Shown here: positions 13,296 to 26,871 of the stretch, in pieces
Layout of the letters: each line of letters begins with the position of its first letter
Position numbering within the stretch: the stretch's first letter is position 1
NCBI GenBank assembly: GCA_000934665.2
Contig: JYFJ02000441.1
Span: 1-64,000, forward strand
Source: Catajapyx aquilonaris
Taxonomy: Eukaryota
DNA: 64,000 nucleotides
Direction: 5' to 3'
Notes under the pieces: generated by a model
Told to the model about the DNA's origin: nothing
The model's database searches: none
What the model saw: the letters and a program-made list of their open reading frames with translations, nothing else
Position numbers and translations under genes: made by a program

Positions 13296-13812
13296 ATGGG
13301 CTGCAGAATTCGTACTTTACCACCAGTGGGCATAAATTATAGCGCGCCCTTTTCCTGAATTGGCGGTTAGAAGCCTGTTGCTGTCACGGGAAGATCTGGG
13401 GGGCGACTCCGGCCGATTATTATCATATGAGAGGCCACCACGATTGAAGATATAAGGCTCCTTTACCGGCGGCCATACTTGAGCCACCACGATTCCGCCC
13501 CGTTCCGCAAACCGATAGAGGCGCCACCAGAAATGCGTGCGCAATTGACCACTTTTAACGTTCAGAGACCTCTGGCGGTTTCAACTCGCCACGGGCAGAA
13601 AGCACGACCACAGTGCTCACTGCTCAGCTCACTTAGCTCATAATATCACCGGACAATGTGACAAACCTTGCCTGGCAGGGCCACATAGACAGACAGTACA
13701 AGTGCGGTCACTCCAAGGCTACACAGATGCCACCAACTCAAAACGATAGTAAAATCTGATGTGACTTTTCCCATCATTAAAGGTTATCCAATATATTCAG
13801 AAGATTACCTAC

Positions 13813-14070
13813 CCCACTCTTATTATCTCCATATTCACCTCCTAAAGGGTCTTCTTCGTCCACCCTGGGCATGTCCACCACCATCTCCTCCTCCTCTGGT
13901 GGTTCTTCCTTGATCTCACGTAGAGTGTCTCGTATGAATTGAGTCGAGTCTCCATTGAAGCAAGACGGGCTCTCCTCCTTCAAGGCCAACTTCCAGGTCT
14001 CCTCATCCACTGTTATGTCTTCCTCTTCCTCCACTTCCTCCTTATTCTTTATCATCTGGACCAGAGACAT
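13813..14070 (-). CDS. Acidic cluster exon (copy B) with its own promoter (~14234-14332) but no adjacent finger exon
   Basis: Intact MSLVQMIK...DPLGG frame; intron homology to Z1 stops near 13591, where Harbinger sequence begins. Confidence 0.75.
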
Positions 14071-14886
14071 GGTCCTGCCAACAAGACTTCAGGTCATAGA
14101 ACTGACTCACCCTTCCGCGTCCACACCAGTCCGAGTGCGGGTAAACATAGCCGAACAAGTGAGGTCACGACAAACTCGGAATATAATTCAAGGCACAGCT
14201 GATGGGCATTTCTTCTCCACAAAAAATGAAATGTGGTCGGCCATCTTTGATCAATTGGGGTGCATTCCCATCGCCACCGAGGGTAAAGGATTAAAGCGCT
14301 ATTCTCAATCAAAGGTCGCCGCTACTGGTGATACTCTGCGATAGCCGCTAACGAATGAGACGTCAGCTTCAGCTATAATTTCCCTTTTTGTTTCTTATTT
14401 GGAAATTGTACTCATTTATTCCTATCATGGCATTAAATCAAATCTGGTTTATTTTTGTTCTTGTTTATTGGTATTCTGCTCTCTGATCATATTAGTGACT
14501 GGCAATCAGTAGGGTAATACGGGACAAACAGCATTACATTTACAGGGTATATGGTACCTTTTACAATTTTTCAGACTAAACATTATTCATGCAATGCAAA
14601 CCAAGTTATCGTAGTATATTTTGTCTAAAGAACCAAGAAACACATTTCACTGAAATTATATTATTTTCTTCTCACAATACTCAAGGCACTTGCTTAGGTG
14701 ACCGCACCATTCTCTCATTCACCCAAATGAATATGCCAGCAAGTTTTCAATAACATTGATCACAAAAAATTTATTGCTGGCTTAAAAATTAATGGTTTCG
14801 CTCCTGCATGAAATCACATATTATGTGAGTATATTCAAATGATTTGAACCGCATAATTTTTTGCTGGCACATGTCACAATGAATGG

Positions 14887-16307
14887 TCACTCTCTTGTAT
14901 GAATACACATGTGACTTTTCAAGTGAGCTGCATTGCGATATTTCTTCTGGCACACTTCACAAGAAAGGGGCTTCTCTCCTGTATGGATTCTTCGCATGTG
15001 CCTATTGAAACTACTTGAATCACTGAATTTTTTCTGGCACACCTCACAAATGTAAGGTTTCTCTCCGGTATGAATTCGCATGTGAGTTCTCAAAGTACTT
15101 GATACACTAAATTTCTTCTGACATACTTCACAAATGTAAGGCTTTTCTCCTGTATGACTTCGCATGTGAGTTTTCAAATGACTTGATTCATGAAATTTTT
15201 TCTGGCACACCTCACAAATAAATGGTTTCTCTCCTCTATGAATTCGTAGATGAATTTTCACAGTACTTAAGTCACGAATTTTTTCATGGCAAACCTCACA
15301 AGTGTATGGTTTCTCTCCTGTATGAATACGCATATGATCTTTCAGATTACGTGAATAACGAAATTTCGTGTGGCAAACTTCACAAACAAACGGTCTCTCT
15401 CCTGTATGAACTCGCATGTGAGATTTCAAATGACTTGAATCACGAAATTTTTTCTGGCACACCTCGCAAATACATACTTTTTCTCCTGTATGAATTTTCA
15501 TGTGGGTTATCAAACCACCTGAATCACGGAATTTTTTATGGCACACCTCACAAATAAATGGTGTCTCTCCTGAATGAATACGCATATGAATTTTCAAACC
15601 ACTTGAAGCACGAAATTCCTTCTGGCACACCTCACAAATAAATGGTTTTTCTCCTGTATGAATTCGCATGTGAATTTTCAAGTAACTCGCATCACGAAAC
15701 TTTTTATGGCACACCTCACAAACAAATCGTTTTTCTCCTGAACAAATTCGCTTGCAAGTTATCATAGTTGAACCGGGAATTTTTTTTAATGAGTTTCTTT
15801 CCTTCCGGATAATCTCTTCCACTCCATCTTCAGTTCTCACTTGCATCACCTGAAACGTGAATAAGAGTACATCAATTTACCAGTGTGAATAGTGTCAAGC
15901 GGATTCCCTACAAAATGTGTTAGTACCACCTTTTTTGCTACTGCGTCCCCTAAAAGCAGCACTAGTGTGGGCATTTCCTACACATCTTCCAAGTCTGGGT
16001 GTTTGATTTGTACTAATCATTTTGTGGGACTTTAATTTCACATTTTCAGCAGATTACGTACCCCACTCGTCCTCCCTCCAGATTCACCTCCTGAAGGGTC
16101 ATCCTCGTCCACCCTGGGCATGTCCACCACCATCTCCTCCTCCTCTGGTGGTTCTTCCTTGACCTCACCTAGAGTGTCTTGTATGAATTGAGTGGAGTCC
16201 CCGTCGAAGCAAGACGGGCTCTCCTCCTTCAAAGTCATCCTCCAGGTCTCCTCATCCACTGTTATGTCCTCCACTTCCTCCTTCTTTATCATCCGAGAGA
16301 GTGACAT
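14887..16307 (-). CDS. Cluster ZNF gene Z4: acidic exon 16307-16062 + 10-finger exon 15849-14887
   Basis: Phase-0 GT/AG sites; first intron deleted at a gtcc microhomology near 16312. Confidence 0.85.
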
Positions 16308-16903
16308 GGTCCGAGTGACGGGAAAGGGAGCCCAACAGATGAAGAGAAGAGGAGACAGACAGGTCTGAATAGAGGAGTTCAAGGCACTTGCCATTTCTCC
16401 ACACAAATAGATATGTGGTCGGCCACAAATCAACGACTGGTTTAAGCGCTATTGCTCAACAAGAGTCGCCGCTACTGGTACAGCCCTGCTCAGAATAAAA
16501 TTCGATGAGAAGAGACACTGTCCATCTCAAACCCTGAAAAATGAAAATTATCTTTCTTGTCCCCGATTTTGATGAGCTGCCTCTTTATTTCTGTATATCT
16601 ACACTCATCCACTCATTTCATGACTTTAAATCAAATATGTTTTATTATTATATAGTATTCAGCTTTATGACCACAATTACACAACTTTGTTGGGTAATGG
16701 ACCTTTTATCGTTTTTTTCAAAATAACTAGTCATGCAACCCAAGTTATCATGAATATACCCCAAGAAGCAAAAAACACGTGAAAATAGGTTTCTTCTCAT
16801 AAACTTCAATCGACTATTATTCTCCATTTCTCCCAAATGAATTTGCATGCGAGTTTTTAAATCTCATTGATAACAAAAATTTCAGTGGTACCTTAATTAC
16901 TGG

Positions 16904-19814
16904 TCACTCTCCAGTGACATGGATTCGCATGTGAGTTTTCAAACAGCTTAAGAAACGAAATTTTTTCTGGCACACCTCACATGTAAATGGTTTCTCTCCT
17001 GTATGAATTCGCATGTGAGTATTCAAAGTACCTAATTCACGGAATTTCTTTTGACACACTTCACAATTAAATGGTTTTTCTCCTGTATGAATTTGCATGT
17101 GGGCTTTCAGATGACCTGAATGACGAAAGTTTTTCTGGCACACCTCACAAATATATGGTTTCTCTCCTGTATGAATTCGCATATGAGTTTTCAGACAACT
17201 TGAGAAACGAAATTTTTTCTGGCATACCTCGCAAATAAATGGTTTTTCTCCTGTATGAATTAGCATGTGAGACTTCAAAGTACATGAATCACGAAAGTTT
17301 TTCTGGCACATCTCACAAACAAATGGTTTCTCACCAGTATGAATTCGCATGTGAGTTTTCAAACTATTTGATTCACAGAATTTTTTCTGGCACACCTCAC
17401 AAATGTGTGGGGTCTCTCCTGTATGAATTCGCATGTGAGTTTTCAAATGATGTGAACAACGAAATTTCATATGGCACACCTCACAAACGAATGTTCTCTC
17501 ATCTGTATGAATTAGCATGTGAGTTTTCAAAGTACGCAAACGACAAAAACTTTTCTGGCATACCTTACAAATAAAGGTTCTCTCTCCTGTATGAGTCTGC
17601 ATGTGAGATTTTAATTGAGCCGAATCACCAAATTTTTTCTGGCATTCCTCACAAGTAAATTCTTTCTCTCCGGTATGAATTCGCATGTGAACTTTCAAAT
17701 GACCTGAGTGACGAAAATTTTTCTGGCAAACTTCACAAATGAACGGTTTCTCTCCCGTATGAATTCGCATGTGAGTTTTCAAATGACTTGAATGACCAAA
17801 TCTCTTCTGGCACACCTCACAAATATATCGTCTTTCTCCCGTGTGAATTTGCCTGGGAGTCCCTTTCTTCTCTACTTCATCTTCAGTTCTCATTTGCCCA
17901 ACCTGAAACATGAATAAGAGTACATAAATTTCTATTTTTGCAATATGAATAGTGTGAAGCATTCCTCCTGCTATGGTCATATGGATAGTAAGTCCTGTTT
18001 ATTTTATAGTCACAACATGTTGTCTCATGTATCCATCGATTGTACTACCAAAAATTTCATTGTAACTACAAAGAATGTTACGATGACAGAAAAAATTACC
18101 ACTGTTGGATCGACGTCAGATTATTGGCACATTTGCATGCAAATATTTTGAAAACCTGCCCAAATTTACTGTTACTTTAATGGATCCAATTCCACGAGGC
18201 AGCCCCCACGAGAAAAGTGAATGCAAGGTCTGTTAGCCTACGGGTAAATTACAGAGTGATTTAATTGCAATTCCATAAAAGTATTGTCTAAGACTATTGC
18301 TTTCTGCAGAATTAAAATAATAGCAACTGACAGTTCGAAATATATGCTGGGAATTGAATGCTGGAGACACACCTTCCTATCTTCCAGATAAAAATGTCAC
18401 TCTTCAGGACTGAAATTACGGGATTCCTTGGCGCCGTCAAACCAAGTGCATATGATTATGACTGCTCTGTGAGACACTGTATATGATTTCTATTCTATGT
18501 TTTATTGTTATAGAGGCATAATTGCACCAATTACCTTTTTAAAAAAACTTAAATGAGAACAAAAACATTCCTTGCCGTAAAAGGAAGAGAAGACCTCCGT
18601 GGCAGAAATGAAAGTATTGAAACAAGGCAGGCACATGTAAGACCTTCACCAATTGATTTAAGCTGTACCATAGGTCTTATTCGAGCAATTCTGTAGTATT
18701 GTGCTGAATGGCTCATAAAAAATACTACTCCAAACTACTCAACCTACTCATGGCAGTAGGCAGGGTTTTATTTTGGGAAAAATGAACCCATCCTCACAGA
18801 ATTTAAATTTTTGCAGCTGAAAATGCAGAATCCCATCCAAAAAAAGACCCTCAAAAAATTCACCAATTTTCGTCTACATGTGAAAAAAATTTAAATTCTC
18901 TGAGAATGGGTTGATTTTCCCCCAAATAAAAGCCTGCCTACTGCTATGAGTCCCTCTCTAATACAAATCAGGTACTAAAACAAGACAAGTCTACGAAAGG
19001 GGTTACGTTCCTGAAAATGGCCATAAGTCAGAATTGTACATAACTCGGATCCATGAGGAACAGCGCATAATATGTAGCGTAAAAATGATGCACCTACAAA
19101 CCGCTTACGTCGTGTGCATTTGTTCGCATGCGCGGAAGAACATGGTTTCCCAATTATTTATTAATTATACAGTATTGATGTTGAACTTCGTGTCTGCCAA
19201 CGTACGCAGAAATGATTGAAAGTGGAAGGATAATTATGAATTATCCTACTGGGGCGCCTTGGAGGCCGTAAGTAAGTATGGACGGCCGGAAGTCGGGTCG
19301 TTCGTAAACTGAGGACTTCCTGGCCTATGTTTAAAGGCACTAATCATAGAGAAATTTTATAAGCTCAATATTGCAGTTCCTTAATTTCAGAAAATGCTCG
19401 TATATGAAGTGGCTCATGAAACTGTTTTCAGAAAGGATGCTTTATGAGCAATAAATTGGGAATTGCTTGGAGCAAGACCTACGGTATACAGCTTAAATCA
19501 ATTGGTGACGGTACTTTCTTTTCTTTTTACTGAAATGAAAGGTTTTTGTTCTCATCACATTTTCAGCAGAGCACACTCATCACCTCTCCAGAAACACCTC
19601 CTAACGGGTCATCTTCGTCTACCCTAGGCATGTCCACCGCCATCTCCTCCTCCTCTGCTGGTTCTTCCTTCTTGATATCAACGAGAGTCTCTTGAATAAA
19701 TGTCGAGTCGTCATCATCAGACGGTGTCTCCTCCTTCACGTCGACCCTCCAGGTCTGCTCCACTGCCATTTCTTCCTCTTCCTCCACTGCTTCCTTCTTT
19801 ATCCACAATGACAT
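16904..19814 (-). CDS. Cluster ZNF gene Z5: acidic exon 19814-19584 + 11-finger exon 17902-16904
   Basis: Open frames; phase-0 acceptor; donor gag|gtgatg is less canonical. Confidence 0.8.
18746..18951. mobile_element. MITE-like fold-back element in Z5 intron
   Basis: ~65-bp imperfect TIRs actcatggcagtaggcagg... / ...cctgcctactgctatgagt. Confidence 0.7.
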
Positions 19815-20407
19815 GGCCCTGCCAACACAAGACTTCAGGTGTCATGTAATCATCTCTAGAACAAACTTATCCTCACCCTTCTGCGTCCCGGATCACATAT
19901 GAAGAGCAGAAGAGGAAACAAAATCTATTGAGGTCACGGAAACGGAATGAGTTCTAACTGTTGTCGGCCATTTTGATTGACCTTCACTTGGGGTGCATTC
20001 CCATCGCCACCAAGGGATCAACGTCCTTTTTAAGCGCTATTGGTTATCAAGAGTAGCCGCTACTGGTGATACTGCTATTCGCTAATAGCATCATTCTCAA
20101 ACATGATGCATTGTTTTACATGTACTGTACTTACAGTATGAACTACATGGTTTTTTGGGAGGCTTCTGGCAAGGAAACCATATTGCATAACATGTGGTGC
20201 ACAATCCGGTTATGACTACGAGCAACATCGGTAGAGTGAGTTAAAAAAAAAGCCAAGGTTAACATATTTTATTAACAATTATTGCACATCTTACATACAC
20301 ATTTCTAATAATGTACACTCTTTATGCAATTACGGTAATTACAACAAGACATGCTCAGACTATCTTACCAATAACAATTTTGCTATTCCCGCCCCCCAGA
20401 AAAGATG

Positions 20408-21578
20408 TTACATCTGAACCGGTTTTTCACGTGTGTGAATTCGCATGTGTATCTTCACACTTTTTAAGCGACTAAACTTTTTCTGGCAATATTTGCAACT
20501 AAATGGTTTTAGTCCATTGTGAATTCGCATGTGAGTTTTCAAATGGCTTGTTAAACCAAATTTTTCCTGGCACACCTCACAAGTATATACTTTCTCTTCT
20601 TTATGAGTTTGCATGTGACTTTTCAAACCATTTATCCCGTGAAATTTTCTCTGGCAAACCTTACAAGTTTGAATTTCACGAGCTAGAGTGTGAGCTTTCA
20701 AAAAATATGAACTAATAAATTTTTTATGGCATACCTTACAAGTAAAGGGGTTTTCTCCTTTATGAATTCGTAAGTGAATTTTGAAGTACCATGAATCACA
20801 AAAACCTTTCTGGCACACCTCACAAATATATGGTTTTTCTCCTGTATGAATTAGCATGTGAGCTTTCAAACTGCGAATACGAACAAATTTTTTCTGGCAC
20901 ACCTCACATACGTATGATTTTTCCCCTGTAAGAATTTGCATTTGAGCTTTCAACATGGTTAGATCAAGATATTTTGTCATTGAGTTCCTTCCTGTCTGAA
21001 TGCCTTTCTCTTCCACTCCAAATTCAGTGCTCTCTTGCACGCCCTGAAATGTGAATAAGAGTACATCAATTTATATTTTTGAAATGTGGACGGTGTGATT
21101 ATATGGGCACATGAAGTTGTCGCATACATTCACAGATTGTACAATTACACATTTCAGTGTAACTTTAAGGAATGTCGGAATGATGGGAATAATGACCTTT
21201 GTTGGGCTGCGGTCAGCAAGGGAAAATCTTTTGCATATTAATATGTGGATATTTTAAACAGTTATCATTTATTGTTACTTTAATGCCACACTTCCCAAAC
21301 TAGGGGCTCCGCAGAAGCATTTTCATCAGAACACATACCCCACTCATCCCTCCAGAACCACCTTCTAAAGGGTCATCTTCGACCACCCTGAGCATGTCCA
21401 CGACCATCTCCTCCTCCTCCTCTGCCGTGTCCTGCTTTATCTGATGCAGCGCGTCTTGACTACATGTAGAGTCAGCTTCAGACTGACTCTCCTCCTTCAA
21501 GGGCATCCTCCAGGTCTCCTCATCCACTGTGATGTCTTCCTCCACTTCCTCCTCCTTTATCTTCTGCGCCAGTGACAT
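20408..21578 (-). CDS. Cluster ZNF gene Z6: acidic exon 21578-21339 + 6-finger exon 21043-20408 (third finger lacks second His)
   Basis: Phase-0 GT/AG sites and open frames. Confidence 0.8.
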
Positions 21579-22032
21579 GGTCCTGCCAACACACAAATAC
21601 TGCAGGTGTCATGTAATCATGTCTATAGCAGTGTGACTCACCCTTCTGCGTCCACACCAGTCCGAGTGAGGGGAAAGAGAGCCCAAGAAATTCAGAGACG
21701 AGACGGGTCGAAATGAGCTCTAAATGTGGTCGGCCATTTTTTTTATTGACCTTCATTTGGGGTGCATTCCCATCGCCACCAGGGATCTGTTTAAGATCTA
21801 TTTCCTATCGAGCTTCTTTGCCATGTGGTGGTCATCTTTTTGTGGTCTAATTTCTTCATGCCCTACTTATTTCCACTGAAAGAAGCCAACAGCCAAGCAC
21901 TGCACACATAATTTTATACATTTTAAATCACTCTTCGTCCATAATACATATACAACAAATTACAATAAAGCGGATGAATATCTACATGTATATTCAAGTT
22001 CATTATTAAGTCAAGTTATTAAAGTTATCCGT

Positions 22033-22941
22033 TCAGGACCTGACAGTCTCTTCTTCCACACTAAATTTCATCTCATATTGTGTTTTGTTTAAGCTTTTGC
22101 AGTTCGAACACATTTCGTCATGATATACAACCAGGTCACAGTTCTTGTGCCGTATGTGCCCAAGGCAGTCCACGAATGCTGACGCAGGACATCCAGTGTG
22201 GATAAGATCTGCACGCAACATACTACCGTCACATACTTTGGCTCTGTCCAATTCTAATATTAAGGCTTCCAAGTGCTCCACGGATTGAAGCCCATCACGG
22301 GGTATTCCTAACTTTTCTATGTCTAGTAACATACCCACAACGCTACATGTAATTATTCCATTTTCATCAACAGATACGCTCTTATGGAAAACAGGATCAA
22401 CATGATGTCTCCCATCTGTGTCACTTACCAACTGAGAATAGCACACCATTATAGGACCTATCATTGGAACTATGCGGTTCCAGTAGGGCGGAAGTGCAAC
22501 AGCTTTTGAGTTTTTGTAGAGGTACATTAATGTCTTAAAGTCTTTCAATGCACATGCTGACGTCTCATCTGCCTTTGCCTCTTGTTTCACACCAGGATTG
22601 GCTTGCGGAGCGCAAACAGGGGTGGGATACACAGTGTCTTGGCCCAAGTTGTCACCACATTTTAGTCCACCGTCTGATGTGCGATGTGACGATGACACTG
22701 CTCCTAAAGGGTCATCCTCGTCCACCCTGGGGATGTCCACCACCATCTCCTCCTCCTCTGCTGCCTCCTCCTGCTCCTCTGATGGGTCCTGCTTGATCGC
22801 ACGAGGAGTGTCTTGTGTGAGAGTCGAGTCCCCGTCGAAGCAATAAGACGGGCTCTCCTCCTTCACGGCCACCATCCAGGTCTCCTCATCCACTGTGATA
22901 TCTTCCTCCACTTCCTCCTTTATCCTCTCCACCAGTGACAT
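22033..22941 (-). CDS. 302-aa protein: cluster acidic module fused in frame to a non-C2H2 Cys/His domain (P-element/THAP transposase-like by eye)
   Basis: Same promoter and ATG context as the ZNF genes; no donor after DPLG; LPPYW...VCDG...D.LG.IRHKNC-x9-CSNC. Confidence 0.75.
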   Translation of the reverse strand: MSLVERIKEEVEEDITVDEETWMVAVKEESPSYCFDGDSTLTQDTPRAIKQDPSEEQEEAAEEEEMVVDIPRVDEDDPLGAVSSSHRTSDGGLKCGDNLGQDTVYPTPVCAPQANPGVKQEAKADETSACALKDFKTLMYLYKNSKAVALPPYWNRIVPMIGPIMVCYSQLVSDTDGRHHVDPVFHKSVSVDENGIITCSVVGMLLDIEKLGIPRDGLQSVEHLEALILELDRAKVCDGSMLRADLIHTGCPASAFVDCLGHIRHKNCDLVVYHDEMCSNCKSLNKTQYEMKFSVEEETVRS

Positions 22942-23228
22942 GGTCCTGCCAACACAAATACTGCAGGTCATGTAATCATGTCTATAGCAGTGTAACTCAC
23001 CCTTCTCGTCACCCTTCCGCTGCGTCCAAACCAGTCCGAGTTCAGGGAAAAAGAGAGCCCAACAAGTCAAAAGGAGGAGACGAATCGAAAGTTCATCAAC
23101 AACGGAAAATGTCGTCGGCCATCTTTTTTGATTGACCTTCAATTGTGGTGCATTCCCATCGCCACCATATGATCAAACAGTTATTTTTCATCAAGAGTCG
23201 CCGCTACTGGTGCTAAACTGCTATATGC

Positions 23229-23303
<75 letters not shown>
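23229..23303. repeat. (ATT)n microsatellite
   Basis: Pure trinucleotide run; similar runs near 29770-29870, 43580-43652 and 43940-44015. Confidence 0.95.
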
Positions 23304-23304
<1 letters not shown>

Positions 23305-23434
23305 GTCTTCTTACACTCTTTGTGTGAATACAATTACAGCTTAAGCAGAAGCTTCTGATGTAGGTCTATGTAACGCACAAGATTATCTTTCCGATGAGCT
23401 GCCGTTTTGCATTTATTTAATTCCGGAAAAGAAA

Positions 23435-26026
23435 TTACAACTGAACTTGTTTTTCGCGTGTGTGAATTCTCATGTGTGACTTCACAGTGCTTGAGTGGCT
23501 AAATTTTTTCTGGCACACCTCACATTGAAATGGTTTTTCACCTGTATGAATCCGCATGTGCGTCTTCATATTACCTAACACACTAAACGTCTTCTGACAA
23601 TATTCGCAACTAAATGGTTTCTCTCCAGTGTGCTTTCGCATGTGTGATTGCACTCTACTAGAAGTAGTAAACTTTTTCTGGCAATAGCTGCAACTAAATG
23701 GTTTTTCACCGGTGTGAACTAGCATGTGTGTCTTCATACTACTTAAATGACTAAACTTCTTCTGACAATGTTTGCAACTGAACGGTTTCTCACCAGTGTG
23801 ACTTTTAAGGTGGTTTTGCAACTGACTTGTCACAATAAATTTTTTCTGGCACACCTCACACTGATATGGTTTCTCTCCCGTATGAATTCGCAAATGAACT
23901 TTCAAAATATTGTGGGTGGTAAACCCTTTCTGGCACACCTCACAAATATGTGGTCTCTCTCCTGTATGATTTCGCATATGAATTTTCAATGCATATGATT
24001 CATGAAATCTTTTCTGGCACACATCACATGTAAATGGTTTCTCTGCAGTATGAATTTTCATGTGGCTTTTCAAATGACTTGGCACAACAAAACCTTTCCG
24101 GCAGATATTGCAGGTATAGGGTTTCTCTCCTGTATGAATTCGCATGTGAATTTTCAAGTCATAGGCAGCATTAAACTTTTTCTGGCACACATCACAAATA
24201 AATGGTTCCTCTCCTGTATGAATACGCATGTGAATTTTCAACCCGTAAGAGTCATGAAATTTTTTCTTGCACACCTCACATGACAAAGGTTTCTCTGCAG
24301 TGTGATTTCTCATGTGGCTTTGCAAATTACTTGACGCAGAAAATCTTTTCCCGCAGATACTGCAGGAGTAGGGTTTCTCTCCAGTATGGTTACGCATGTG
24401 AAGTTTCAAACCATATTTCGTGCCAAGTGATTTCTGACACATTTGGCATTCAAATCGCTCGATCCTATCACAACGTCTAGTGTTCTTGTTCATCTGGACT
24501 CCTTTCTCCACACAGACTTCATCAGGTGTCTCTTGTGATGCCTGAAAAGTTAATTGTAGCATATCAATTTACATTATCCAGTGTGCATGGTATAACGATT
24601 TCCGCATGTCTTTGGTAATTTATTAGTAAAGAATCCTTTATCGAAATACCTCTTGTACCATTATTTGTATTAGTAGCACACAGGTACCATACTGCGTGAC
24701 TGCCCGAGATCTTCATATGAGAAGAAATTACATCTGTTTTAGAAATGAGCAGGTCATTCCTCCCACCCATCCACCCACACAATGAATGCTCAAAACATTT
24801 GAAAGATTTTTAACATTTTGATAACCTGGGAGACAGTTTTTTTTTGTTACCTTTAATATTTCCAACTATAGTGAACTCATTGTCAAAAACTTTGCAAAAT
24901 ACCTAGGCGCCTGACAGTCCAACATACATTACAGGCCTACCATACCCCTTGCATAGATGGCGCATCCTCCCTCTCTTCACACTCCTGCCACTCTCAAGAT
25001 CATGCAAGGGGCAGTGGTACATGCACCTGGCTGATTACTCACCGGGACCAAGCCGGGACAAATGAACAGAAATACAGGCGAAGTCAACTATTCTGTATAT
25101 GCGTATAATGATGATGCCAATCGACAGCTCATGTCATTAAAGTGGATGTATTAGTTAAACAAACAAATTTTGGAACATTTGGTGATTCATGATTACCCTG
25201 ATTGTAAACCAAATTGGATATCAGCATTCTCTGCGTCCTACAACAAGAATTAAAATTATTATATTAATTGAAATGACAGTAAAGCAAAGTGCCTAAAGCG
25301 AGGGATGCCTGTAGGACAATAAGCAGCAGCTGACTGAATGTTAAAGAGTGCGGGAGGGGTCATTCTTATGTGCAAGAATAGACATAGCTGCCCATCTAGC
25401 CTAAGACACAATGCAACACATAAATCATGGTAGACAATTTCTCCAGCTTCCTTAGAGGAAGATTTCATTCTTTGATTGCCAGTTCCACAGCCCATAACCT
25501 GCCCATGCGGTGTCCTTCTTCTTCCATCACAGTCCAGAATAAAATCACCTGAAGGGCACCTTGCCACTTGAAGGAAATTACATGTAATACCGTACACCCG
25601 ATCCATCACATCACTGCAGCGTAACCTTTTACTTTAATAAAAGCATGCAAAGAATATCAATAAAGGCAGATGTGGACCTGCATAAGTTTGAGTAGCCTAC
25701 TAGGAAGAATCTTTTGGTGAAAAAGTCCTGTCACATTATTTCATATCTTCAGCAGATGACCTACGTACCCCACAAATCCTGATGGAACCAACTGCTAAAG
25801 GGTCGTCTTCATCTTCAACCACACCAGGCATGGCCACCACCATCTCCTCCTCCTCCTCTGGCTCCTCTTTGACCTTACAGAGTGTGTCTTCTTGACTAAA
25901 TGTTGAATCCCCATCAAAGCAAGACGTCGACTCCAACGTCCAGGTCTCCTCCTCCACTACGACGTTTCCCTCTTCCTCTTCTCCTTCCTCCGCCACTTCT
26001 TTCTTGACCCTCAGATCCAACGACAT
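23435..26026 (-). CDS. Cluster ZNF gene Z7 (most divergent): acidic exon 26026-25769 + 12-finger exon 24541-23435
   Basis: Phase-0 GT/AG sites; promoter module ~26304-26410. Confidence 0.85.
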
Positions 26027-26871
26027 GGTCCTGCAACACAACAAGGCCATGCAATCATATGAAGTAGCACACCAATCATGCCAGCTCAGTTCTGAGCAAG
26101 AAAGACTGATAAGCAAATTAGCCAATAACTTCACTTTATATGAAAAAGAACAGCTGATCAATGAAAATCTTACTTGTTTCACTTAGGGTAAACACTTCTT
26201 CGTACTGTGCTGTGAAGAGACCAACGAATGAAGCGCAGGAGACGGGTCAGAATGGGTTCAAATCACAGGAAATTGACACCTTCTCCACAAGAATGGAAAA
26301 TGTGGTCGGCCATTTTTATTGACGTTCGATTGGGGTGCATTCCCATCGCCACCAGAGATAAACGATGTCGTTAGGAGCTATTTTCCATCAACAGTCGCCG
26401 CTACTGGTACTCGCCAATAACTCTCTTCATCGTTACTAATTACCTGGACGTATATTATTTCCACATAATTGCCATTATTTGCAGAGAGGCAGTAAGAACT
26501 GCCTAGTTTTTTTTTGGAAGGCTTTTGGCAAGAATGTCATTATTGCATGATCATGTTGGGAATAATTATATATCTCACTGCAAAGTGTCATTCCAATATA
26601 ATGACTATGATTTTTACATGCATGATGGGCATATGGAGTACAAAAAAAATGCCAAAGTGAGCATGACATACTATATTAACAACTGTGCATTTTACATGCG
26701 GGACACCATTTTTGATAATGTCTTCATACACTCTTTGTGTAAATACAATTAGCCTACAGCAAAAGCAGAAGCTTCTGATGTAGGCCTATGCATGCACAAG
26801 ATAATATTTCTGATGAGCTGCCATTTTACATTTTTTTTATTCTGGAAAAGAAATGATAACTGAACATGATT

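Noticed and set aside
13301..13812. Fusion of exon B to the Myb gene through the ancestral phase-0 donor
   Set aside because: Reads CCC ATA TGA, an immediate stop; only the phase-1 donor is in frame
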